Position numbers and translations under genes: made by a program. The notes under the pieces are model-generated. The model worked only from the letters and a program-made list of their open reading frames with translations. It was not told the DNA's origin and did not search any database. A stretch of DNA of 63,805 bases, the filler included, from Klebsormidium nitens (taxonomy: Eukaryota; Plantae; Klebsormidiophyceae), in assembly GCA_000708835.1 (NCBI GenBank). It is 10 parts of 10 records of this genome, joined end to end, with 100 filler letters (N's around TTAATTAATTAA, not from the genome) between each part and the next. Parts side by side here need not be neighbours in the genome. Positions count along the whole stretch, not along the records: positions 42,098 to 50,225 come from DF238258.1; positions 50,326 to 54,641 come from DF238513.1; positions 54,742 to 57,674 come from DF238624.1; 7 more parts are not named here. One strand, given 5' to 3'. Shown here one piece after another: positions 45,201 through 57,284 of this stretch. Position 1 is the stretch's first letter; the number at the start of each line of letters is the position of its first letter.

Positions 45201-47354
45201 GGACCAAGAGCAATCTCAAGTTGTAGCATCTGGATGGGGACAGACTCTAGCGCAGCGCGCGCATCCGGCTCAGCCTCAAGGACAGGGACCATACCCTTTG
45301 GTACTGTCGTCATTCCAGGCGGCTGTTTATGCGGCTCGCGCAGGAAGTCCTTTGGAATGAAGCTGAGCGGCATGTCGGACAACGGTCCTCTGAGCCTCTC
45401 ATCCTTGTCCACAACCCTCTTGGTAAGTCGTGAGTGCACCGGCGCAACATGGGCGCCTGGCACAAAAATGATCACAACCTTGCAAGCATTCGGGTCATGA
45501 TGAGCCTCTCAGAGCTCCTTGAGCTATGCCAAAGTATGCTCATGCATGCGTCGGCTGTTCGTAGCGGGCGCTTGTGCAACTCGAGCAGCAGTGGGCCTAG
45601 CCCTCTTAGCGCGCGGAGCCGCTCTGCAATCCGCTGTCTTATGCAAATCCAGTCTGTGAATATCGCACCAAATCCAAGGTGCGCCAAGTCAATTGACCTC
45701 AGCTTGCTTGTCTGTGCACTGCGCGGCCATGTGGCCGTACTGTAGGCAGTGCCAGCACTGAACCCCTTCGGATCCTTAGAGCTGGCCCTACCATCGGTAC
45801 GAGCCGAAGCTTCCCAAACTATTAGCGGCTAAGTGCAGTGGTGTCATATGTGACCCGCCTCTCCGCGCTTGTGACATATGATGGACCGGTGATCGTCCTT
45901 GGGATGTGCATGATCATGCGAGCCATCCTGCCTTCGGCCGTTTGGCCTTGCAGCCGACGCCGGCTGTGTGGTTGCATGGCGCGGCTGCGCAGTCTTGGGC
46001 TGCATATTGGTCGTCCACAGGCTGGCCTGAGTCGTGGCGCGGTCAATCTTAATTGCAACCCGGCCCACGAGCTCGATGGTCCATTACTCAGGCTCCATGG
46101 CTGTGGCGTTCAACTGGCGCGTGGCTTCCTCGCCCAAGTGGCGGGGCATAGCTGCTATGAGCTTGAATACGGCCATCTTTTCAGGGCGGTCGAGAGCATG
46201 CTTCAGCGACTGCATGCGCTGCACCAGGCTAGCAGTAGTCTCCTCGAAGCGTCGCGCAAAATAGCGGAATTCATCCATCCGAGTTGTCGACTTCTCTGAA
46301 TAAAGCTTTTCCATCATAGCCCAGGACTTCACGACCGGCTAGTCATACCTCTGCGTCTACATTCGGCTCCGGCCGAACCGGTTCGGTCGCGGTTGCCTTA
46401 GCTTCGGACGACAGAGCATCATACTCGGTCTTCGCCCTCTCATATATCGCCTTATTCTGAAGATATAAGCTGGATTGAGCAGCGTTTCGGGTGCACAGTT
46501 CCTCGCGCATCTCGCGCTCGAGTGGGCGGCCTGATCGCGCGCCCCCCCGGCTAAGAACTTCATGAGCAGGATAAACCCGTCATTATCGTTGATTAGCTCA
46601 GAATTCGGCTTGAGCTTGAGCTCCGTTTTGAGCGTCGCATAATTCGGGCGCAATTGTAAGATACTCGGGCGATCCGGGAGTCCCATAAAGAGTCCCGTAC
46701 CATGCTGTACATTCCGTAGCGACATGGTGTTTTGTTCGGCTACATCAAACGGCTCGACAAAGGCGGGCGCGCCTGTCGGCAAGTATGATGCACGCACAAG
46801 TTGCGGTGCAAAAGTCAGAGTGCCCGGATTCGTGCAATGATTCGCGTGGCGAATAAGTAGTCGGACTCGAACTACTGCTTTGATTCTAATCAATGTTATC
46901 AAGCACGATATCACTGTCGAGTCCAATGTTCGGGTCACAATGTGGAAACAGAGGACCACTACACAGATTGTATCTTTAACTCATGAACGAGAAGGTCACT
47001 AATCTGCTCTTCCCGAACTCAACGACTAATTAGCAGGTCGCGGCCGCCACCTCGATTAGGGGCGGAACCATGGCCACCACCACGGCTAGGGGGCTGCCCA
47101 CGGCCACCTCCACGAGTAGAAGGGTGCCCACGGCCGCCACCGCGGAAGAACGAGGGGCCACGGCCGCCACGTCCGGATGATCCTCCCCCCCGCGTGGGAA
47201 ACCATGGTCTCCGCGGTTGAGAGCGACAGGACCTATAAGAGAGACGTGCAAGTGTCAGTCTTATTGGAGTAAGACTTTCAGACAGGCACGGCCTAAAACG
47301 GTTGAAAGTGTAAACTTGAAGAGGCTCAAGCTGTAAGACGAAGCACTTGTCCAA
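42200..47354 (-). mobile_element. Degenerate Ty3/Gypsy element: gag - protease - C5 DNA methyltransferase - RT start
   Basis: RGG-rich segment (47040-47200), gag (46084-46332), knuckle relic CHKRGEAGH (about 45850), protease LLLDSGAEAV (about 44800), DNMT (43180-44160), RT leader PIFRHQYWLSQSEKE...FIRPSSSPWA (42200-42400). Many stops and frameshifts. Confidence 0.85.
43180..44160 (-). pseudogene. C5 cytosine DNA methyltransferase domain within Gypsy pol
   Basis: Motif I VLELFSG, II VYACE, IV PDLVVAGFPCHGFS, V GLRDTRTVLFEE, VI FENV, VIII HRLRRWWTNL, IX/X ERKRAMGF. Contains in-frame stops and frameshifts. Confidence 0.9.
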
Positions 47355-47599
47355 AATTGATCTCTCCGCAGCGAACCATTCTAATCTAGAACTTCGTGCC
47401 AGTTACTTGACAAGTTTCGAAGTCCTCAGTTGGTAGGAACCAACGGTGAAAGGTCGCAAAAAGCACCTAAGGTTGGAATTCGTGCCTGAAGGGCCTACTT
47501 GCGTAGCGCAGCGTCAACTTGACCTGGCTGTTCAGCTTTGTTCGAGACCTGAAGGGCCTCCAACTCACCAACTTCGGACCACTGGTCGCCAGCCGAATG

Positions 47600-48965
47600 G
47601 CACCAACGGGTATCACTACTCAAACCGACACTCATGGTCGCGCTTCGCACGTGTTAAAATCTACCTAGTATTAAGTGACTGAATCAGTGCATCGGGGCTT
47701 GGAGGAAATTGAGGGATTTACGCCAGGGCTTGCCACATCTTTTACGTTTTCGTTATGTGAATCATTCTAGACAATTTGTCTCTGAACGCTAAGTAAAAAT
47801 CTGTGGCTAAGTCCATTGCCGCACACAAGTGCATCTACTCTTCAATGCGACGAATAAATGTTTGGGAGCGGCGAGCGTGAAAAATCTTCTATGCTCAAGT
47901 GAATACTATCTTGAAAGCAAAATTGTAAGAATGAGAGTCCTTGAAGCAATTAGCTTCTATGTACACGCAGCTAGTCTTGCTAATGCTATGCAGTCTACCT
48001 AGTGGAATCAATACACTAGGTGACTAAGCTCTGTCCTCGAGGCGTCGAGGCTGCAGCAGATCGGGCGTAGATTCGTTCGTCCATGCATTGGCCGGTTGTC
48101 GACAATACATCATCGTGACAGCTGGGCCGGCCGGGACCCTAGGTAATGATGCCGTGCCAGATGCGCTGGCGCGGTACGCACGGGTATTATCCCAGTCCCT
48201 GCAAATAAAGCCATGTGGTCACGAGCAATCCGCTTGAAAGCTTTTAAACGTTGATTCTGGCTCCGCTGGCAGTGAGCACGTGATATCTCTTCTGACTCGA
48301 TAATCAATGAACTCATGGTCGCCCTTCGCACATGTTAAAATCTAAATAATCTGAGGTGACTGAATCAGTGCAACGGGGCTTGGAAGAAATTGTGGGCTTG
48401 CCACATCTTTTTACCGCAAGCAACCTGAAGTCGTTTGGTAGAGGCAAAAACCGTGCGCGATAGACGCCTTCGCGGTTTGCGGCGTACGCTCGTACTCACG
48501 GCGATTTTTGCTAACAAAATCGCGATTTTAGAGTATTTACGAACATATTTGGCATGGTCGGTGTCAAATGTGGGCCAAATTCGACGATGTAAAATGTTGG
48601 AGTTCACGGGGAGGGCTTATAATAGAGGTTGACCGCAGGATTTGGTCAATTATTCTTTTCGATCGACCTATGGCCAAACATTTGGCCGCAATCTGACTTT
48701 TGCCCCATGTACGGGCGATTTCGACCTCCGAGAACGGCGAAGTCCCGAAAATTTTCACTGAAACCAAAACCGCCACGTACGACTCGCCGGCGGTAAATTT
48801 AAATTCACCGCCGTGCCCGACTCGAACAGATAACGAAGGAATTACCGCGAACATAAAAGAATTTCCGGGTTGCTTGTGACGTTTTCGTTATGAGAATCAT
48901 TCTAGACAGTTTGTCTCTGAATGCTAAGTAAAAATCTGTGGCTAAGTCCATTGCCGCAAAACTCA
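47600..48965 (+). repeat. Local duplication: 47600-47825 versus 48290-48965 (second copy carries a MITE)
   Basis: Shared TCGC.CTTCGCAC.TGTTAAAATCTA, GACTGAATCAGTGCA and TTTTCGTTATG.GAATCATTCTAGACA...GCTAAGTCCATTGCCGCA. Confidence 0.8.
48415..48878. mobile_element. MITE, 464 bp, with 2-bp AC TSD
   Basis: TIRs CGCAAGCAACC / GGTTGCTTGTG. The paralogous empty site at about 47740 reads TTTTACGTTTT; the filled site reads TTTTAC[element]ACGTTTT. Confidence 0.8.
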
Positions 48966-49019
48966 GACTTCGCAATATGCGAAGTCAAGTCTCCCCCAAG
49001 CAACCGTGCTGAATGGCGG

Positions 49020-49740
49020 CGGATATTGACGACGTCACAATGACTTTCTGTGTGGAAGAAATAACGAGATAGATGAGGTACGCGTCGGAACGCCAATCAC
49101 CCTAAAATTGAATTGATTCAGCAGGTACGCCGAGGGAAAATGCAAATGTGGCACCCCTGCGGAGAAAGCTGTGGTCAGAATACAAAGTCGAATCGATGCC
49201 GATTTGGGTGGACGAGCGACTTAAAACGAGCTACGAAAACCTGGTGAGTAAGAGTTTTAATCGAGAACCTTCGGGCGCCAAATAGCTGAACGCATGGGCG
49301 TCAGCGGGCGCGCGAATCGCGGCGTAGAGTTGCCACAGGGCCTGAGTCGGGCACAAATCGGAGCCAACGGTAGCCGAGAGGGGGATACGCAATTCGCGCT
49401 CAAACAATTGAAGGGTTTGGTTTGACGAACAATAACCCAGGCCACACAACCGTCGGGAGCCAATTTGAAATCACACTGACGGAAAAACGTGACTTTTTCG
49501 AATAGCTGGTGCGCGTCAATCGTGACGTTGCCCTTTCGAAAGGAACCGAAAAAGGCAACCGGCATCGCTGCAAATATGGCCAATTCGGCAGGTTTGTAAA
49601 ATCCATCAGAACTGCAAACCGAGCAAGCATCGCTGGGGTGACCGCAAATTTGCGATTAACTGAATCTCCTTTGACCCGCCGAATCCCACGCAAGCACCGC
49701 TCTAAGTTGAATTTGTTTTGAGCGGGTTAGGAAGGTTCAG
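49020..49740 (-). pseudogene. DIRS/Ngaro-type tyrosine recombinase relic
   Basis: RGIRRVKG...VTPAML, AFFGSFRKGN, LCPTQAL...AFSY, YSDHSFLRRGATFAF...GDWRSDAYLIY; frameshifts and a stop. Confidence 0.85.
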
Positions 49741-49789
49741 CTTCCGGTGCACAATGCGCACACCATGAAGACAATTATCAATCGTTTAG

Positions 49790-50021
49790 GCAGCCCCGAA
49801 TCCTCGAGCATCGCTCGGACCTTCGCCTCCAATTGCCAATCGAGCCGCTCTGCCGACCCGTCCTGCTCGGCCGTGTAGGGGCGGTCTTCTCGTGCACCGT
49901 CCCCTTCCCCCGATCCGCCCGCACTGACCTGAGCTTCTTGCCGGATTGCAACTCCAACCAGTTAATCACGTGCTCGGTCACCTTGGCCACCTCGCTCTTC
50001 TGCTTCATGCATGGGGACTAC
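49790..50021 (-). pseudogene. pol: Copia integrase core fragment
   Basis: MKQKSEV...LELQSGKKLRSVRADRG...HEKTAP, with an internal deletion. Confidence 0.8.
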
Positions 50022-50225
50022 TGTTGAAACACAGCGTTGTTGGAAGTGATGTTCAATCAATCAAGTTCACACAATGTATATGGAGTGTTCCGAGTCACGG
50101 CCTATCTTTAGGTCTACACTCTAGCCAAATAGGCTCAGTGGACCGTCACCTAGTAAGTCCGAAAATTTCACTCTATACCGTACATCTACGGCCATTATCG
50201 AACCTACACAATATCGACGGTTATC
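50022..50225 (-). mobile_element. Copia LTR, family A (cut by contig end)
   Basis: Near-identical to 261-465. Confidence 0.8.
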
Positions 50226-50503
50226 NNNNNNNNNNNNNNNNNNNNNNNNNNNNNNNNNNNNNNNNNNNNTTAATTAATTAANNNNNNNNNNNNNNNNNNN
50301 NNNNNNNNNNNNNNNNNNNNNNNNNCGTTCCGCGGCACAGTGAACGGCAGCGGGGTGGTGCTGCTGTATCAGATAGCATACACGAATAGACTTCAACGCA
50401 GACGTCACAGTATAAAGAGCAGTGACAACTTCAACGGACGTGCAATGAACTCAGAAGAGGCGCCAGGCACCAACGGCTGCAACACGGGATCCAGGGAACC
50501 CAC

Positions 50504-53500
50504 CTGGGTGTTCCAGCGAGCAAGACTTCCGTACTTCTGGATGAAGTAGTCCCCGTGCGCGTGTATGATGTGCTGCAAAACATAAGAGAATAATCAGGGA
50601 TGGCATTGATGGCAGATCCAGGACGTGCAACTTACGGCAGTGCTTCCTACATTCAAATTAAGGACAATCCGTGGTTCACAGTCGTGAACCATACTCGGCG
50701 CAACAGCTTGGGCCAGCGGCAGGCAAAGTTTTTGCGCTTCTACCGACTCCCTCCAGTGGCAACCTAAATCCTGGCCGAACTGCCTGCCCTGCCTGGGATA
50801 AAGCCCAAGATACTGTTCGCAAAGACCGGAACCCTATACAGTCGCATCCGGAACAGCCGATGTGGTCGAGTCTAATCTCCAAGATGAATGGCAGTCCTAA
50901 GCCAGAGCGATAGGCAAAGGTTTAGAATGTACAAACCCACCATGTAGTGTGTCACGTGAGTCTCCCCGTAGGCCGCCACGAACGCCTTAAGGAACGCGTG
51001 TACGACTTGTTTATACTTGGCTGGATCGCTCCCTGTGGCGGCGCTATACTTCTGATCCCGAAGATACGGGGCCAGAGCCTCGTACGCCTCCCACACCGCT
51101 TCCTTCCGCTTCCGCCTGACCCGGTCCGTATCGTTCTCAGCATCCATCAGCTTCTTCCACAACTCACCGACCTGCCTGCCATCGGCATCGAATTTGCTGG
51201 TGAAGAACCGGGCTGTCCGGTCCTTGAAGCTGTGCTTGACTCGGCGTTTTTTCTTCTCGTCCCACTCTATCTTCGCGTTCCCCCCCATGATCCCCGCCTC
51301 GCTCAACACCTTCTCCATGGCCCTCAAACGCGGCCCCCGCGCCCGGGCGAATCCCCGCTCGCGTTCCAGACATGCGACACAGGGAGGTGGACGAGCTTCT
51401 CGATGATCCGGTTCTCGGCGTGCATTGTGCACATGTGGACCCGCGTGAGCGGGATCGGCAGAATCGGATCCCATTCGCCCCCCCCTACGCCCCCTTGCTT
51501 CGCCACGTTCTCCTGACTGTCTCGATCCGGCGGTTCGCCTTGGGGACACGCACACGCTCTCCCCCAAGACCCGTTCTTCCGCTGCTGGAGGCAGTAGATG
51601 CACGCGAACTTCGCGTTCGCGCCCGAGCTCGTACCGTACAGCGCTTTTAGTGTTTTCAGGTCCCCCGCGAGGTGCCACTCCACTTCGAACTCACCGACGC
51701 CCTCCACCACGAGCTTCCTTCCGCTGTTGTGGCGCTCGATCGTCGTGGACAAGTCCGAGAAGGACATGTTCCACTTCAGCGTGTCGTGGTTCTCCTTGTC
51801 CACCTGAAAGTGCATAAAGTATCCATGTTCAGTACAAAGAGAATAGTCCGGCCCTGCATAAATCAATTGCTGACGTCAGGCGTCCACGTTATGACAGCTT
51901 GTCTACCAGAGGATCTTCTTTGACGCTAAGCAGTGGCTGACAGGGGGGATATTGAATCAATGAGATAGATCCAAAAGCAAATGCCCAGCTGCTAGTTGCA
52001 GGCACTGGGAAAGACCGCCACACTGCCTAGGCGAATCAACTCCAGTTCAGCAAATACTTAACTCAAACTGTTCCGGAATGCACGAGCTATCAACAAGCGA
52101 ATACCAACAAGCGAATACCCGTCGAGGAAGAACAAAACTCAGAAGGGTGGTGAGGCCAGCAAATACATCGGTGGCCGACAAGCAGCAGAAGCAGTCCCCT
52201 TACCTCGTAGGCCCCCAGGGTCCAGATGTCCTTCTCGGACTGCACAGACCACCATGCCTGCATGTCCTCGTCCAAGCCCCCGTTCAGCATGGTAAGCGTG
52301 AAACGCTCCAGGTTCTTCTCGGACACCCACTTGCACTCGTCCACTTTCAAGCAGGGCTGCAATTTCTTGTCCTTCAAGCCTGCAAATTTTTGAAAGTAGC
52401 GTAGATCAGTGGAATGAGCTTGCAAGGAGGAGGAAGCTGCGCATATTTCTGGCATGCTTCAAACGCTGAGCAGAAAGACCTGAGAACCAGCTTTAGGAAT
52501 GATTCAGTCAAAACGAAGCCTCTGGCCTCTCATTAAGAAAGCTACAAAGAACGCTTCACAAGCACGTGGGCACTGTCCAAAAGGAGTCGGGCAAAAGACA
52601 ACACATGAAAATTTAGTATCCTGCCATCACCAAGTTATCAGATGAGATTGGAGATGAGCTCACAAGAGACAAGCTGTTTGAACTCACTTTCAGGCGTGAT
52701 CCCGTAAAAACGGACGAGAGTGGACAAGGCCTGATTGGTCCTGATCCAAACGTTCTCCTTCGTATCCTGGCGCACCGTCTGCTTCTTCTCCTTGTCATAG
52801 ACAAGACGATGTGCAGTGAAGGAGTCCACTTCCCCCAGCAGTGTGGGAACCTGCAGGGCGCAATATCTCATCTTTCAAAGCATGACCACCCGGCAGTGTG
52901 CATGCATAAAGGGTAGGGATGTCTGGAACATGATCCCTGCAGCGGAAGCGTCCGCAAATGCCGAATTGGAATAGATCACATATTCTTCTTGCCGTGTAAC
53001 AGTTTCCATGTTTGAGCATACACTTCCCATCTTCCAGACAAGGTTTCTGAAGGCATATGGGGACGAAGAAGATTGATTCTGCGGACCGAACGACACAGCA
53101 CATACCTTGGAGATGAGATCCTGTCTTTCAAGATTCACTTGATGGGGGTTCGGCAGATGGGACGCCTTGTACCCGGCGTCACATGTGGCTCCCTTGACAG
53201 AGTTGTACAGCGCCCTACAGAGGTGTACAGTGTAGTTGCTCAACAGTGCGAATTCAAGACCTAAGAAGACATGTGCCTCACGTAAGTAGAAACAAGCTCG
53301 CCTGACCACGATACAGTGGAACCCCCCCCTTTCATAAGGTTAGGCGCCTCAGCGTCAGCAATGCAGATCAGATCAGAGCATGTCAGCTACCCTACTTCTC
53401 CTCTACTGTGACCTTCTGACAAAACCGCAAACAACATTTGCGCTAATCTGCGGTTGACCTGACCTGACACTGACCAGATTCAACCACAAGAGAAGAAAGT

Positions 53501-54010
53501 CTGCTGCTGATCTAGGTTAGTCAGAGGCTCAATCCGACTGGTCAGCATGCACATAGCCTCTCAATTCAGAACCTCACAGACCTGCTGAACACAAATGCAT
53601 CGCAAAAGGTTCCTCTTGGAAGGATTTGCTTTGCAATGACAGACCGCACAGTGTTCCCCTCACCTTTCCAGGATTCCAGCGTCACTTGCCCTGTGACCAG
53701 TTTGAACTGAGGGGGAAACAAGCAACGAGAGAATGCGCTGGCTAACCTGTACATCTTCAGGTTGCCATCGCCCAACTCAAGCCCCGCCAGCGCGAGCGCC
53801 CTCGTAAGCTTGGCCCCCACTTCGTCCAGTGCCGCCTGACCCGCCTCCTGCCGAAGCTTCCGGAACGTGTCCCCCCGCATGGCGTCCCTCAGGACAGCCG
53901 GAGTGATCGCTTTTCCCAGCAGCTCCGACATGGACTCGCAGACCTGTGAGTTGGAGGCGAGGCGCTTGCGCTTTCCGAGGGTTTTGTGCTTCTGGAGATT
54001 GCGGACGGTG
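50504..54010 (-). CDS. RAG1/Transib/Chapaev-like DDE transposase, multi-exon, one frameshift, 3'-incomplete
   Basis: Exons: about 54010-53664, 53260-53106, 52850-52688, 52379-52204, 51803-50941, 50572-50504; five GT-AG joins are in phase. Motifs LKVDE, HLAGDLK, CIYC, CTMHA and HYM|HIIHAHGDYFIQKYGSLARWNTQ. Frameshift near 51330-51350. Confidence 0.75.
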
Positions 54011-54741
54011 GCAGGCCGCTGCAAGTTTCCTGCAGAAGCAAGAGAACAATATGCTGCAGCCTCAGCAATTTTCTCCCTGCCTCTAATACCAGGCTTCATG
54101 TGTCCACCTACTTTCACAAGAGCCGGCAGGAGTTGGACTCATGAGCTGGACTTCTTGAAATACTACAATGAAAGCTGTGCAATGGGAACAGCTGATGTAG
54201 ATCTCTGACACCATTAGCTTTGAAACATGCACAATTGCTGGACAGGGTGCTCTAAAACACGCACAAGTGCTGCTCAAAAATTTCTCCGTAACGCTGGCAG
54301 AATGGAGAAAGCAATCTCTTTCTTATGTTCCCTCCTACCCGATTGGTGCCAGCAAATATCCCAGCCCATGAATTGTGAACCTCAGTTTAATGCTGCAGTC
54401 AGGACAACGTGGATCTTTGCTCACCACAGCTCTTTAGATCTCCGCTTGTAAGCCCCACCCCCAGGTTTCAGATCTTTGAAATCCTTGCCTGTGTAACGGC
54501 GCTAGCTTTCCGAGCCCCTCGCGGGGATCCCCCGGTAGCTATACGCGCGCGGGTCGCGCGGACTAATGTCATTAACGCGCAGTGCGGCCGCGAGTTAAAC
54601 CCCGAGCCAGATCCGCCGTCGGATGGCCGGATCCGGTTGAANNNNNNNNNNNNNNNNNNNNNNNNNNNNNNNNNNNNNNNNNNNNTTAATTAATTAANNN
54701 NNNNNNNNNNNNNNNNNNNNNNNNNNNNNNNNNNNNNNNNN

Positions 54742-55702
54742 ACCGCCTATATGCTGGATCTTATATTTTATCGCCTCCGACAAGTATGTGGATCTCTTGA
54801 AGCCGCGCTCCGCGGCAAACTGATCCTCCTCGTCGGCGATCACGCACAATTACCAGCTGTGTGTTATCACCGACTGGATGCTGACGACCCGGTGTGCTTG
54901 CAGTGCCACGTGTCTCGGTCACTCAACTGGCCGTTATTTTCCATTCACGGCCTGCTTGGATCTAAACGTCACACTGATCTCCCGTTTCTTGACTTTCTCA
55001 ATGAAATCAGATTCAACGTGCCTACGCAGGAACGCATCAATGAAGTGCTGGGAGGATTTTTTATAAGTGAAGCGGCGGCAGAAGCTTCGATCACGGGCGA
55101 CGTGCTCGTGCTTTGTTCACATCGCGCAGACGCGCAACGGTTCAACGAAAAGATTCTTCGAAAAAAAATTCACGTCTGCCGAGGTGCTGAGAATTGACAG
55201 AGACACTAACGCAACTTTTGTGGACGAGCTAGCTGCATGGCTAGCAGAGCCCAAGTTTTTCGAGATGGAAAAGGTGGCAGTTGGCGCGCGCGTCATGTTG
55301 ACTGCTAACATCGACACTGAGAAGTTTGCCGCCAACGGTTCACTGGGCACCGTTGTCGCGCTGTTGCCTGCAAGTGGCGCTGTCAAAACCGTTGTCGTCA
55401 AAATTGACGAGGGTGGAGCAACCATCGCTGTTAGAAGAACCAGGTTCCAAGCACGCCATCACAGCGGGCGTCGTTACTATAAAAAAGCTTTTCCGCTGCT
55501 ACTCGGCTACTCAATGACAGGTCACAAGAGCCAAGGTGCTACTATTAGGTGCACAGTTTTCGTACATGTGAAGGAAGCGTTCGCGCCTGGACTACTGTAC
55601 GTTATGCTCAGCGGTGTTACCGAACGTTCTAAACTCAAGATTCTAACTCCTCTTGTCCCGTCGGATTTTCAACCCGTGCCTGATCTGCTCAACATTGGGT
55701 AA
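54742..55702 (+). pseudogene. PIF1-family helicase, C-terminal part (5'-truncated, frameshift at A-run near 55160)
   Basis: LILLVGDHAQLPAV, FLDFLNEIR, VGARVMLTANID...ANGSLGTV, FPLLLGYSMTGHKSQGAT, GLLYVMLSG (R to G in motif VI). Confidence 0.9.
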
Positions 55703-55739
55703 CTTTTTTCAGTGGAACTTTCTGTTGTATGCAGCGACG

Positions 55740-57284
55740 ATGGCTGATCCTTACGATTGCTCCGCCTTCTTCGACGAACTGAACGCCGCCATTCCCGATC
55801 AGCGCGCTCACCCGAGCGAGAAGCAGAAATCCATATTACACCTGAATGGCGTCCGCCCATCCGAGTACAGTGACGGCTTCAACAATCACGCGGAAATGAA
55901 CCAGTTCGTCACGTCCAAGATCAATGATGGCAAATCTGTCCAGGAGCGTACCGGATCTCAGCCTATGGACGGTAAGTTAATAGTCTGCTTATCCAAACTC
56001 TTCCTTCTGCCTGCCGATCTCGATTGTTTTGGCCGCTGCAGAGAATCTTGCGCAACACTCTGTATGCGTTCTGAGAATTAGCTCTGTGCCCCACCTTGTC
56101 TTCTTCACACGCTCCGAAAACTCTCTTACAACTGCTCAGAACTTATCGCCGCGTTGAGACCCTTATTGAATCTTGTACTCTGTGCCACATGCTCATTACA
56201 GCTTGATTGGGCGGCGCTAGAATTGAACAAAGAGGACACGGATAGAGGTATACACGTGACTTCTATCTGCGTATTCAGCTGTTCTGTGCGGGTACTGACG
56301 TGATCACAAACATTTTCGACACCTTACAGGCGTGCTCAAAGAAATCGTCGACGACTGGGATGTACATATGGACTTGGACTTGCTGAGCAAGAAGGACTCG
56401 TACACGCTACTCAAGCGTCACAGCGGAGGAGCTATGATCAAGGACCTGTCGAAACTGTATAGGGAGTTCGGCATCTCCCCCGCGAAGCTGCGCCCGCTTA
56501 GCGAGAACAAGGTACGTGAGACGTGCGGTTGAAGCCTGGCTCGACCTGTAGTATTGTTTGATCAGCAAGTACAATTCGTATAAGAGATTGGCCGCCTGTC
56601 ATAAAGGATGATCCAAGCAAACGCTGTCATCATTCTCGCACGCCCTCATCAACATATTCAAGAGCATACAGTGTTACTTTGATTTGGCGCAGGCGACAGC
56701 GATCGTCAAACAGCTCAGCGAGGCCCCGAAGCCCCCCCAAGGCAACTACGAGCCTCTCTTTGACAACATAGAAGGTTCTATCCGCGAGGACCGCGTGCAT
56801 CTGAGCTCGCGTCAGAAGCACATGATGAGTCTGAACGGCGTCATGCCAGCGGAATTCAGCGCCGGGTTCTCAGGGACAGGAGCTGCCCACACGTTCGTCG
56901 ACGCGAAGATGCAGCAGGCGCAGGCCTTCGCGGAAGAGCATGGAACTCGTCCGGCCGACGGTACGTAGCTCAAGCTCTCAAGCCTTGTTCTTCTGTCAAC
57001 GGTGCTGGTTGAAAACCACTACAATGCTGCGCTCTTGTCAAAAGTGAAACGTGACTGGGACACAATGTACTGTGGCTGATAAGACTTACCTTGTGCGCAC
57101 AGGTGTTACCAAGGAGCTGCTGCTGCGCTGGGGAGTCAACTTCGATCCGGCGACGCTGACGAAAGACGACATGTACAAGCTGCTGCAGCGCACCAGCGGG
57201 GGCGCGCGCGTTATACAGTATCAAGAACTGGTACTCGACTTCGGCATCGCACCTGAGAAGCTCCGTGTACTGAGCGAGGCAAAG
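55740..57284 (+). CDS. Unknown multi-exon gene built from a duplicated two-exon module (3' end not identified)
   Basis: Exons 55740-55971, 56330-56511, 56693-56960, 57103-57284, with GT-AG joins in phase (1,0,1). Exons 2 and 4 are both 182 bp and homologous; exons 1 and 3 are homologous. Confidence 0.7.

Noticed and set aside
38584-54010. A single super-element combining Crypton, Gypsy-DNMT, DIRS recombinase and RAG1-like transposase
   Set aside because: The parts lie on three contigs separated by artificial linkers; no physical linkage is shown.
55699-55734. Splice fusion of PIF1 to the downstream repeat-module gene
   Set aside because: The candidate intron is only 36 nt and splicing gives G-D-D-G-stop, out of frame with the downstream gene.
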